The position numbers were made by a program, and so were the translations under genes. A stretch of DNA of 64,000 bases from Malacoraja senta (lineage: Eukaryota), in assembly GCA_038087875.1 (NCBI GenBank), contig CM075994.1, forward strand, positions 11,410,001 through 11,474,000, in the 5' to 3' direction. Below are positions 1 through 10,700 of this stretch, piece by piece (position 1 is the stretch's first letter; every line of letters starts with the position of its first letter). Under the pieces are notes generated by a model. That model made no database searches. It was not told where the DNA came from and worked only from the letters and a program-made list of their open reading frames with translations.

Positions 1-245
1 TCTGTCTGTGTCTGTGTGTGTCTGTATGTGTCTGTGTGTGTCTCTCTGTGTGTGTGTGTGTCTGTCTGTCTGTATGTGTGTGTCTGTCTGTCTGTATGTG
101 TGTGTCTGTCTGTGTGTGTGTGTGACTCTGTATCTGTGTATGTTTCTGTGTGTGTGTGTGTGTCTTTGTGGCCTTGTGTTTCTGTGTCTCTGTGCCTGTG
201 TTTGTATGTCTCTATCTGCGTGTGTGTCTCTGTCTGTGTGTGTGT
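1..245. repeat. (TG)n/(TCTG)n imperfect microsatellite
   Basis: Near-continuous TG/TC dinucleotides; explains the Cys/Val-rich ORFs 8..370 and 16..438. Confidence 0.95.
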
Positions 246-444
246 GGGGGAGGGGGGGCAGTGGAGAGACAGAGAGGGGGGATATTCAGTTGCAAACCAC
301 ACTTTCTCAGTTAAGAGTTGGACACGATTACTGTCAATACGAGCAGCTCACGGAGCAGAGTCAGAATTAGAAACACTGCTCGGCTCTCACACACACACTC
401 GTGGAGTGAACTGTAGATATAACCGTGGCTGGGGTTGAGGATTG

Positions 445-605
445 GGGGGGAGGGAGAGAGAGAGATAATTTGAGAGAGGAGAGAGAGGAAATAGGAGAGA
501 AAGGGAGAGAGGGGGGGGGAGAGAGAAGAAGAAATTGGAGAGAGAGAGAGAGGAAGGGGGGAGAGGGAGAGAGGGGGGGAGAGAGAATTGGAGAGAGAGA
601 GAGAG
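445..605. repeat. GA-rich polypurine low-complexity tract
   Basis: (GA)n and G runs. Confidence 0.9.
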
Positions 606-912
606 TTCTCCCTTCTGCCTCACCACCACTGTTGGCTGCGCTTTGTGAGGTGACTGGAGACCAAAACCAGTTACCCTTTAGATCTCCCTCTCACTACCTC
701 CCTCCCCCTCCCTCTCCCTCATTCGCTAGAGAGGGGGGGATGAGGGAAGGAAGGGGGAGAGGGAGGAGGGGAGAGAGGAGTGTGCCTTGCTTGGTGGCGA
801 AGAGGGATGTGGGAACGCTGTACGCAGGTGGTGACTCACTCTCACACTGGGATTCCCCCCCTGTCATTGCGCAGTCTATATGACTCCATGCACCCCCCCC
901 CCTCTATGTAGT

Positions 913-1000
913 GAAGGAAATATGCAACGTTTCGGGTCGAAACCCTTCTTCAGACCCGGCCCGAAACGTTGGCTATTTCCTTCGCTCCATAGATGCTGCC
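913..1000. mobile_element. Two inverted copies of the Penelope-like terminal repeat; minus copy carries a hammerhead-like core
   Basis: Minus strand 955-913 reads GTCTGAAGAAGGGTTTCGACCCGAAACGTTGC...; plus 960-1000 reads CCCGAAACGTTGGCTATTTCCTTCGCTCCATAGATGCTGCC. Confidence 0.7.
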
Positions 1001-1178
1001 TCAAGCCCTGTCCCACTGTGCAAGTTGACCCAAGAGCTCTCCCGAGTTTAAAATCTCTGTGTAGCATCTCTGTCCCTATCTTCAAATTCCCACTTGGAAA
1101 TAAAATACAATTTTCGATTTAAAAATTCCGTAGCAGGATCGCGATTAGTCGATTCCCACGCATTTCAATCATCGTTCG

Positions 1179-1381
1179 TGTAAACAAGCACCAGAAACAG
1201 TGTATGATTTAAACACATCTTTAATCAGCACTGAAACTTAGCAGCGTTGAGGACAATAGGTTGTCACCTAGCTGCTCAGACTGGCAGTGCCGGGAACAAG
1301 CGTTAGTATAAGTGTTTTAGTGGGGTGGAGTTAGTGATGCTGGCTTATGTGTGATTGGTTCAAATCCATCATCAATCTACA
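1179..1381 (-). repeat. 3' LTR of Gypsy element
   Basis: TGTAAAC...TCTACA; homologous to 5638-5846. Confidence 0.9.
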
Positions 1382-1396
1382 TTCTTCCCCCTAAAG
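1382..1396 (-). promoter_or_regulatory. Polypurine tract
   Basis: Minus strand ...TTTAGGGGGAAGAA directly abuts the TG of the 3' LTR. Confidence 0.85.
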
Positions 1397-1399
1397 ATT

Positions 1400-4300
1400 A
1401 AATGTGGAAAGGGCACCCATACCATGAAGTTAAACATACTCGCCATATCTGTCTGGTGGTTTCTTAACACGGCCCGAGCGCGTGCGGACCTAACCATCCC
1501 CTCCCTCACCTGAAGGATGAGACGAGAACCTGGAGGCGAGAATGGCACGGGAGAGGCTTGTGGTGACCGAAAGGGGAAACATGTGGTTAGTGGAGACCGA
1601 GGGACGTGGGGGGGGGGGGTGCAAGGCATGCGGGGACGGGTGGGAGACATTGCAAAAGGCGGCTGCAACTGGAGCGGCGGAGCATAGGGATCAGCAGGTG
1701 GTGGTCGGGGCTCCTTCACAGCAAGCAGGGGTTGTCGACTTCTCCGGTATACCGCTCTCTCACAGTCCACAAGGTAGGATCGCGGCTCGTCAGTCGGGCG
1801 TACAACAGTGCCCAGACGGGAATGTCCAGTTGAAGTTCGTAGACGGACGACCTGGCCCGGCAGTAGAGGCTGGAGTGGTCTGTTTGAACTGTCGTATGGC
1901 CGTTTCTGGATGTCATGGAGACGTTTCTGGATAGTGGTGGGCTTCAGCACCCGAGGGACCAGCTGCTGTTGTGCGATGGGGACCGGAAACCTCGTCACTC
2001 TCGACAGTAAACGCTGTGCCGGCGATCCCAAGGTTCCGTCTTTGGCGATGTTTCTGAGCTTCAGGAGATCGAGATAGACGTCTGACTTTGAAATGCGCGC
2101 TCCCTCCAGCAAGTGCTTGGCGCTTCTGACAGCGCGTTCAGCGAGTCCATTACTCTGTGGATACTCGGGAATGCTCGTGACGTGCTGGAAGTTCCATCGG
2201 TCTGCGAAAAGCTTGAACAAGTGGCTGGTGAACTGTGTACCGTTGTCGGTTCTCAGAATGACAGGAGCGCCATAGGCGGAGAAGTGTGGTTTCAGCTTCT
2301 TGATGACCATCTCAGATGTGAGGGAGGTCAGTTGGTCAAGTTCAAACCAGTTAAAAAAAGAGTCGACCGGAACGAGATAGTGCTTTCCGCACCATTCGAA
2401 AATGTCCGCCGCCAGCGACATCCAAGGCAGTGCTGGTGGAGGTTGTTGCAGAAGGGGTTGCCGCTGCTAATGAGGCGCAAGATTTTTGCAAGTGGGGCAG
2501 GAGGCTATGCGGTCCCAGATGTACGTGGCCATTCCCGGCCAGTATAACAGACCACGAGCGCGTACCAGTGTGGAATCGGCTCCAGGGTGACCGCTGTGTG
2601 CCTCTTTGAAGTATTCGTCTCGTATCGATGAGGGTGTCACTACCTTGTGGCCCTTAACAACAACACCATCCTGAACCACCAGTTCATCACGGACCAAGAA
2701 GAACGGCTGCACCTCTGTGGGCGTGCCGGATTGTTTGCCTGGCCAGCCTGTTTTGATGATGGATGAGAGGGTTTGAAGCGTATCGTCAGTGGCAGTGCGA
2801 GCGGCCAGGGTCCGCAGTTGCTTACTGGAGACGAGATCGACACCGAGGACCGTGAAATTCTACTGTGCATGGCGGTGTTGTTCGCAAGATGCTCGAGGTG
2901 CACGAGAGAGTGTGTCAGCGACATGCATGTCCTTACCGTTGTGTCGGTAATAGAGAAGTCGTACCGCTGCAGCTGCATCATCATGCGCTGCAAGCGAGCT
3001 CGCGCGGCATGGATGGGCTTGTTCAGGATTGTCACCAGTGGTTGGTGGTCCGTCTCGACCGTGAACGTGTTGCCATAGACGAAGTCGTGGAATTTGGAGC
3101 AGGCAAAGACGACAGCCAGCAGTTCCTTTTCGATTTGCGCGTAGTGCTGCTCCGTGCAGGTCATTGTGCGAGAGGCATACGCGACAGGTAGTAGGGTGCC
3201 ATCGTCAGATGGTTGCAGGCAGGCTGCGCTGAGCCGGAATTTCTAGGCATCGCAGGCGATCGTCACCGGACGTTTCAGGTCGAAAAAATCAGGGTCGGTG
3301 CACTGGTCAGTTTGGATTTTAGAACATCAAAGGCAACCTGGTGTTGCTGGAGCCATGACCATACAGTGTCCTTTTTGGTCAGCTGCCGCAGTGTGGAGCT
3401 TAGTTCGCTGAGGTTCGGAATGAACTTTCCGAGATAGTTTACAATGCCCAGGAAACGTTGCAGGCCTTTCACGTCTGTGGGTGCAGGCATTTCTGGCATG
3501 GCAGTAATTTTCTTCGGATCAGATTTGAGGCCATCATGGATGAAGATGAGGCCGACATAGGAGACCACTGGAACCCTGAACTTGCACTTGTCAGGATTGA
3601 GCTTGAGGTTGATCTTGACAGCACGCTCCAAGATGAGCCTGAGATTGTGGTCGTGTTCCGCTGCGTCTTTCCCATAGACGAGGATATCGTCGACAATAAT
3701 GGCAAAGGCAGATCCTCGAATAATTGCTCCAGAGTTCTTTGGAAGACTTCACTGGCGGGGTTGATCCCGAATGGCATTCTCAGAAACTTATATCTGCCGA
3801 ATGGGGTGGCAAATGTGGTGAGGCTAGATGACTTCTTGTCCAGCGGTATCTGCCAGAATGAGTTCTTTGCATCTAGGACAGAAAATAGGGTGGCCGTTCC
3901 GATCTTTGCCGCTACATCCTCTACTGTCTTCATGGGATGGTGTGGGCGCTTAATGGCAGTGTTCAGGTCTTTGGGAATAATGCACAGGCGGATTTCATTC
4001 TTTCCCTTCTTGACTGTGGCAATCATGGTTGAGACCCAGTCGGTGGGGTCGCTGACTGCTTCAATTACGCCTTTGGAGGCCATGTCGTTCAGCATAGAGT
4101 GAACCCTGTCAGTCATGGCAAATGACAATCGGTGCGGGGGTCGGATAACGGGTGTCACATCGGGGTCAGGAATAATCTTGTAGGACACAGGCAACTTGCC
4201 TAGGTTGTTGTCGAAGGGATCAGGGAATTCATTCAGTTGGTCAAAAGAAACTTGCAGTTTGTGGACGGTTTTGTCAAAGGAAATTAGCCCCAGTTCCTGA

Positions 4301-5572
4301 CAGGCACGATTGCCAAGCAGAGTAACTGACTTAAAGTTCAACACATAGAAGGTCGATTCCCTCGTTGTTTTCTTTAGTACACATTTCAAGTTGGTTTTGC
4401 CCAGGGGAACCAGCACCTCCCCTCCAAAATCATGTAAAGTGGATGTGTCCTTGACAAGTGGCTCGCTAGCTCTAATCTTGTTAAAGAGGTTGATTGACAG
4501 AGTGTTGACTTTCTCGCCCGTATCTAATTTCGCGCCAAAAGCAACATTGTTTATAGATATCGTCACTGTAGGATCAGAATTCTTGGCAGCAGCATGCTGT
4601 AACATGTAAACAGTCGGGTCGTCTCGCGAGTTAATTGGTCTGTATTCGGGGTCGGTTTCGAGCTGGAAATGGGGAGGCAGTGTGTTGCTGTCTCGTTGCA
4701 AAAAATTGAGATTAGACTTGGGACTGGGCGCGTTCTTCCCTCGGGCCCTAATTGCAGCCCGACAGACTGAGGCAAAGTGATTTAGCTTTTTGCAGTAATT
4801 GCAAGCCTTCCCGAGGGCGGGGCAGGCTGATTGTCTGTTGTGTATATAACCGCAGTTAGGACATCTCTTCGGAGGACCGCTGTGAACTGCCTGACTAGCT
4901 TGGGTCATAAATCGGCTGTTATCTGTTGATGTTCGCTCCCTAGTGAGGCCCGTCAGATTGATGGTTTTGCTTTCATGCGAAATGTCCATGGGATCGACAA
5001 GTTCGGCGGTTCTACATGCATGAACAGCATCTTCGAGCGTTAAATCTGGCCTTCTCAGGAGCTCTGATCTGAGCTTTAGATCACTAATGCCATTCACTAT
5101 AATGTCCCTCGTTAACTGATCAGTCATCTGATCAACCGGCATATCCTGGAATCTGCAACGTTGGGCTAAATACATCAAAGATGAAATAAATGAGAACTCG
5201 TTTCCCGGGGAGCTGACGACGAGAGAAAAACCTTGCCCTGTCCAAAATGTGATTTGAGGGCAGGTCACAGATCTGGCTTAGTTTACGCAGCAAAACGTTA
5301 GGGTCAGTAGAAGATTCCGCCGGTGTAATTACCTGGTCGTTGGCATCACGGATAGCCGGAGTATAACGGAATGTACTGGATCGACGAAGGGCATCTGGGC
5401 CCGCAAGGTTGAGCAGGAGCGAGGCCTTGACAGCATCTGGTTCATTTCGGTGTACAATGTTCATGTAATGCTGGTAATCAATTTCAAACGTGGCCCAGCG
5501 TTCGCTGATATCCGCATCAAAGACAAGAGGGTCAAGCTTTCGACAAGAAGAAGCCATCGTAAAGTAAAGCAA
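1400..5572 (-). pseudogene. Frameshifted gag-pol polyprotein
   Basis: Zinc knuckle CNYCKKLNHFASVC, protease KLDTG, RT LDAKNSFWQ/FLRMPFG/IIVDDILV, RNase H YAQIEKELLAVVFA, integrase HSGH..CPTC, TDNGTQF, SNGLAERAV; split over at least 6 ORFs. Confidence 0.92.
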
Positions 5573-5619
5573 AACTCACAAAAGATAAAATAAAAACCGT
5601 TATACAAGACGAGTGGATA

Positions 5620-5637
5620 AGACCAATTCTGACGCCA
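5620..5637 (-). promoter_or_regulatory. Primer-binding site, tRNA-Leu-like
   Basis: TGGCGTCAGAATTGGTCT right after the 5' LTR; resembles the complement of the tRNA-Leu 3' end (TGGTGTCAGAAGTGGGAT, recalled). Confidence 0.7.
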
Positions 5638-5846
5638 TGTAAACAGGCACCTGAGACAGTATATGGTTTAAACACATCTTTAATCAACACTGTAACTTGG
5701 CAGCATTTAAAGACAAGGTGTTGTCAGTTCATCCTAGCTGCTCAGACTGACGGTGCTGGGAATAGGCGTTAGTATAAATGTTATAGTGGGGTGGAGTTAG
5801 TGATGCTGGCTAAGTGTGATTGGTTCACATGCATCATCAATCTACA
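5638..5846 (-). repeat. 5' LTR of Gypsy element
   Basis: TGTAAAC...TCTACA; adjacent to the PBS. Confidence 0.9.
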
Positions 5847-6978
5847 AATACATTTTCTGCAAACATTTTTTTTTAAAGCAAGAAAAACAATTTTGCAAAC
5901 ATTGTACAACCAATATATTTTCTGCAAACACACGCACAAACACACACAGACTCACACACAGACACACACAGACTCACTCACGCAATCACACACTCACACA
6001 CACACCAATACTAAAATGGCAATTAACTCCAGAACGTGGTAAACATACAGTGTGTAAACTGAATGATTCAAACGTTTACAGCGTCCTGTAGAGGCTGCTG
6101 CTACTGAAGCAAGAACGTGCTTTAAATAACGTCCAACAAACACACTCACCATAGACAGAGCAGTAAGGTCCATTGAATTATTCAACGGCGTCTTCTCCAC
6201 TCAGCGCCACCTTGCCACGAACCGGAAATGACGTCATCAGCGCCATTTTGCCACTAAGCCGAAGTCACGGTTTGTGCGCCAATTTTGCAATTAAACACAG
6301 TCCTGCTCTAATAAAATGTTTCTTCACGCTTTATCCATCCGAAAACTGTTGCAAGCATTTTAAAACCAAGAAAATAATTTTGCAAACATTTTCTGCAAAC
6401 ATTTTTTTAGAACCAAGACAAACAATTTTGCAAACATTTTACAACTAATACATATTCTGCGACCATTTTAGAAGCAAGACAAACAATTTTGCAAACATTT
6501 TACAACCAATACACTTCTGCAAACATTTATTCGAATGAAGACAAACAATTTTGCAAACGTTTTACAACCAATACATTTTCTACGACCATTTTAGAAGCAA
6601 GACAAACAATTTTGCAAACATTTTACAACCACATCACACAGTTGAGTAGACATGCGTTCACTGTGACTCACAGCTCAGAGAGACATAACCCTCTCGCTTC
6701 CACCATCTCGCAAAGACTGAGTGAGGCACGACACTTCCGGGTTTTATAGTCCTTCCCCCTGCCACCAGCGAGGTCAGCAGAGAGAATGGCAAGATTTTTA
6801 AAAACATTAACAATACTTTGATTTTTCATCGATGGGAAAAATCCTCTCGTCCAGCACAGCTGAGGGCAACTCTGAGTGAGGTGGCCAAAAATCACGGCCG
6901 TGAGTGGCGGCGTTTTTTTCTAAAATCACGAAACAGGAAGTCAGGAAGTGGTCAAGATCTTAGTTTTAGTAATATAGA
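5847..6978 (-). mobile_element. 5' portion of a non-autonomous Helitron-like element
   Basis: Minus strand begins A|TCTATATTACTAAAACTAAGATCTTGACCA, similar to the 5' end at 47105; internal (CA)n and minisatellite; no 3' CTAG end found. Confidence 0.6.
6340..6640. repeat. ~60-bp minisatellite (AGACAAACAATTTTGCAAACATTTTACAACCAATACA...)
   Basis: About 5 tandem copies, plus related copies at 5847-5930. Confidence 0.9.
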
Positions 6979-7610
6979 TGCTGGGATAATTTGAAAAATA
7001 CTTAAGATGCACGTCACTGCTATCACCAAAGCTGCAATTTTCTCAGTGCAATATTCTGTTCGTAACTTCGGATTACAAATGCCGATAAACCGATCGAAGG
7101 TGAAACTCACCGTTAGCCAGACAGATCAGTCACTGTAAATAAAAACAAAGGTCTGGATTAATCTAGAAACGTGAGTTAACTTCACTAATGAATAAGGAAA
7201 ATAGCCATCTTTATTCGCGTACAATATTACATCAAAAATTAAAACCATTAAATCAGCTACGGCCATTGATGCCAGATAGCGGGTGATACCTTTGGATAGA
7301 GATAGACCACACTTTCCTCGGGAGAGAATGACGATTGCCTGGGTGTTATCAGTAGGACGAAATTAAAACTAACAACGTTAATTGTTCCAGGAGAATTTAA
7401 GTTTGACAGTTTTTCGTGCGAAATTAGCGGATTGATTGAAGTTGTGCTCTGCTCGTTTTTCTCGTGTCGCACACACATGGCCGATTCTGAAAAATAATCT
7501 TTGCAGATTATTTCGCGAACTAATAAGGAACAAAATCACGCAGGCAGTGCTATGACTGTCTTTAAAGGCTCCCGGCATATTGAAGAACACTTTTCCCCAG
7601 TACCCTAACC

Positions 7611-7704
7611 AGTCTGAAGAAGGGTCTCGATCCGAAACGTCACCCATTCTTCTCTCCAGAGATGCTGCCTGTCCCGCTGAGTTGCCGCAGCTTTTTGTGT
7701 CTAT
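7611..7704 (+). mobile_element. Penelope-like terminal repeat with minimal hammerhead-like motif
   Basis: CTGAAGA-AGGGTCTCGATCC-GAAACGTC followed by the recurrent AGATGCTGCC...TGTGTCTA tail. Confidence 0.75.
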
Positions 7705-7749
7705 TTTATAAAGGTGATCGTCGAGTAGCGATCTTCTTCTAGATATTGG

Positions 7750-8750
7750 TTTAAGAAACCATGCCGTATACATTCCAGGAAATCCACCTCCTCAGCGCTG
7801 CTATCAATTTGGTTGCCCCAATCTTTATGTAGATTAATGTCACCCATGATAACTGCTGTACATTTGCTACACGCATCCCTAATTCTCTACTTGATGGTAT
7901 CCCCAACCTCCCTACTGCTGTTTGGTGGTCTGTATACGATTCCAATAAGCGTGTCGGCCCCCCTCCAATTAAGGTGCAACATGTCCCTTTTGTGCAGGTC
8001 ACGCCTTCCCCAGAGAGATCCCAGAGGTCTAGGAAATCCCTGTTCCCTGCACCAACTCATCAGCCTCACATTCAGATCCCCTATCTCCCTGTTCCTACCC
8101 TCATTAGCACGAAGTACTGGAAAGCAACCCAGAGATAACCAGCCTGGAAGGCCGGCTTTTCAGCCTCCTACCTAGTTCTCTATATTCACGTTGCAGAACC
8201 CTCTTCCTCTTCTTACCCACGTCATCTGTGCCTACATGCAGAACTACTTCCGGCTGCTCATCTTCCCTCAGGAGGATGTTCTTAATTCGGTCTGAGCCAT
8301 CTTGAAACCTGGCACCATGGAGCGAACTCACCTTCCTCGAGTCTCGCTTGTCACCACAGAATCTCCTGTCCGCACCTCTGACAATGGAGTCACCCACCAC
8401 TTTGGCTCTGCCTGACGTCCTCTCGCCGGTCATGTCGAGGAAGCGTTCGTCTTCCGCATGGACGGCAGGTCATCCACCTGCTGCTTCATTTCTCTAACTC
8501 GGTCATTGAGGAGCAGCATCGGGACACAATTCCATAGGTATAGTAATTAGTAACACCCTGGCTTCCCACATCCTGCAGCAAACGCACTGCAGTAATATTC
8601 CTGCCATGACGCCAATAAGTTTAAATATTCAAATTAAATTAAACACACAACTAAATAAATGTAGCCTCCTCCCCTCAGCCTCCTCGCCGAAGGCTCCTGA
8701 GCCAAATACTCACGCTTTACCTCTCCAAGGCACTTCACTCAACGAGGCCG
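7750..8750 (-). mobile_element. CR1 LINE 5' region (ORF1 esterase joined by deletion to an ORF2 endonuclease piece)
   Basis: VVGDSIVRG and VVLHVGTDD (SGNH/GDSL-like), followed by LIGIVYRPPNS. Confidence 0.85.
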
Positions 8751-8769
8751 ATCCGAACATTAACTCCAT

Positions 8770-8985
8770 CCTACACACACTAGGGACAATTTATATTTAT
8801 AGCGAGCCAATTAACTTCAAACCTGTACGTCTGTGGTGTGTGCGGGGAAACCGAAGATCTCGGGAAAACCCACACGGTCACGGGGAAAAAGTACAAACTC
8901 CGTACAGACAGTGCCCGTAGACAGGAAAGAACCCGGGTCTCCGGCGCTGCAAGGCAGCAACCCTCCGATGCGCCGCCGTGCCGAT
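8770..8985 (-). mobile_element. HE1-like tRNA-derived SINE
   Basis: GAGACCCGGGTTC.., GGAGTTTGTAC..CCCCGTGACCG..TGGGTTTTC; homologous to 34430-34755. Confidence 0.8.
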
Positions 8986-9117
8986 GAAGAATCAAAGAAC
9001 GATGTCGCAATAATGGCCAAAAAATTGGTCATGTTTTTGTCACGAAGCACAGGTGTGGAAATCAAATCTGTTGCACTTTCCTGTTAATTCAGTTATACAA
9101 TCAATCTGCTGCTTGAG

Positions 9118-9410
9118 ACATTTAATTAATTTGACGACGACCGCAAAAGAGTACAGTAATATGTTCTTTAACACTGTTCTGTATTTTCTTTCAACCACTG
9201 CATAAATAAATGTGTTTTGCACGGGTTCAGAAGCTGCAGTATATATCATATCTTTTCTGAAGGAGTATTCAACATTAGTAACGTTTACGTATACGAAATA
9301 AATCGTGGATACGAGCCAAAGTAATATGAAACTGCTAGATATAGAAATCAACAACATTATGGATTTCGTGCGGTTCTCTAGCTCTTGGTCATTCTGATTC
9401 ACAGAGGATA
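9118..9410 (-). pseudogene. GPR139-like GPCR fragment (ICL3-TM6-TM7-helix 8)
   Basis: DQELENRTKSIMLLISISSSFILLWL...NTFIYAV...KLIK aligns to the C-terminal third of the 41766 ORF; internal deletion/frameshift; TM1-5 absent. Confidence 0.85.
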
Positions 9411-9807
9411 ACGAGGTACGGCTCCCGTTAAAATTGCGAATTTGCCCAATCTGTTGAAATTTTACAGTAATGTATCAATGATCTCAATTCTGTATTGGTT
9501 TGAACGGAATAGGTCAAACCTATGAAATAAAATTAATTTGTTAAGAGACAAATTATCCATATGTGTCTTGTTCCCCATATTTGTTACATGCACAAATCTT
9601 GCGATGAAATTGGATATTTTGAACAATCGAGACAATTTGGATGTCTCTACAACTTCAATGTTGAAACCTGTTGTGATCAATGTACTGCGAATGCATTTAC
9701 CGTGGCGAGAAGATGATCAGGCAATCATGTAGTACCTTCTCCAATGTCTGTGATTTGTCCCGCCGCTTTGTGTGGATTACCCAATTGTATCCTTAATAAC
9801 CTCTGAA

Positions 9808-10200
9808 TAGACAAAATACAATAGACAATAGCCAATCGGCCCTTCGAGCCAGCACCGCCATTCAATGTGGTCATGGCTGATCATAGCCAATCAGTACCCC
9901 GTTGCTGCCGTCTCCCCATACCCCCTATCTTTAAGAGCCCTATCTAGCTCTCTCTTGAAAGTATCCAGAGCACCGGCCTCAACCGCCCTCTGAGGCAGAG
10001 AATTCCACAGTCTCACAACTCTCTGTGTGAAAAACTATTTCCACACGTTCCAAATGGCTTACGCCTTATTCTCAAGCTGTGGCCCCTGGCTCTGGACACC
10101 CCCAACATCGGGAACATTTCGCGTCTCTAGCAAGTCCAAACCCTTAATAAACTTATATGCTTCAATTAGATCCTCTCTCATCCTTCTAAATACCAGAGTA
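9808..10200 (-). mobile_element. CR1 3' end fragment
   Basis: Homologous to 46160-46560, with (ATTGTCT)n-type tail. Confidence 0.85.
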
Positions 10201-10534
10201 TACGTCAGAATATTTCAAAGGAGCAGCAAAATTGAGCTCTTCAGATGATCGGAATATTTCTCACCGCAGGAGTAGTTTTCCATGCAATCAACTCAGCATG
10301 GTGAATATTAAAAGCAAGAGTCGGCCATCTGGCTGTCAGCTCCACCCATCCGTTACTTCCCTCATATTTCATAATTACGTGAAACGCCGAGATTATAGTT
10401 GGTTTTAATGCCACGCCGGCCATTATTTCAGTAATGTTCAAGCAGCTAGCGCGGGGATAAGCTTCTTGGAATGATTTTAAGTTGGTTAACACGGTTTAAC
10501 AGCTGACAACCCAATAGCGCAGAAGGCAGAGCCA

Positions 10535-10700
10535 CTGATTTTCAGTCAGAGACCATTGCTTAATCCGGGTCTCTGTGTGAAGTTTGCACATTCCCCTGTC
10601 AGCGCATGGTTTCCTCTCGGTGCACTCTTTCTCTCCAACATTCCAAGAATGTGTGAGTTAATAGGTTGATTGGCAACTGTAAGTTGCCTCTGCTGTCTAG
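10535..10700 (+). mobile_element. Old HE1-like SINE remnant
   Basis: GTGTGAAGTTTGCACATT...GGTTTCCTCTCGGTGC...GTTGATTGGCAACTGTAAGTTGCC. Confidence 0.55.

Larger units (their letters stand above)
1179..5846 (-). mobile_element. Ty3/Gypsy LTR retrotransposon (probably Mag-like), decayed
   Basis: Two ~205-bp TGTA...TACA LTRs, PBS, PPT; domain order gag-PR-RT-RNaseH-INT. Confidence 0.95.

Noticed and set aside
8..883. Cys/Val-rich and Glu/Arg/Gly-rich ORFs
   Set aside because: Translations of (TG)n and (GA)n microsatellites
1004..1050. GCCCTGTCCCACT possible DNA-transposon TIR
   Set aside because: No partner inverted repeat or TSD in the window
6340..6640. Regularly spaced repeat resembling a CRISPR array
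   Set aside because: The 'spacers' are similar to each other (a minisatellite); eukaryotic context; no cas genes
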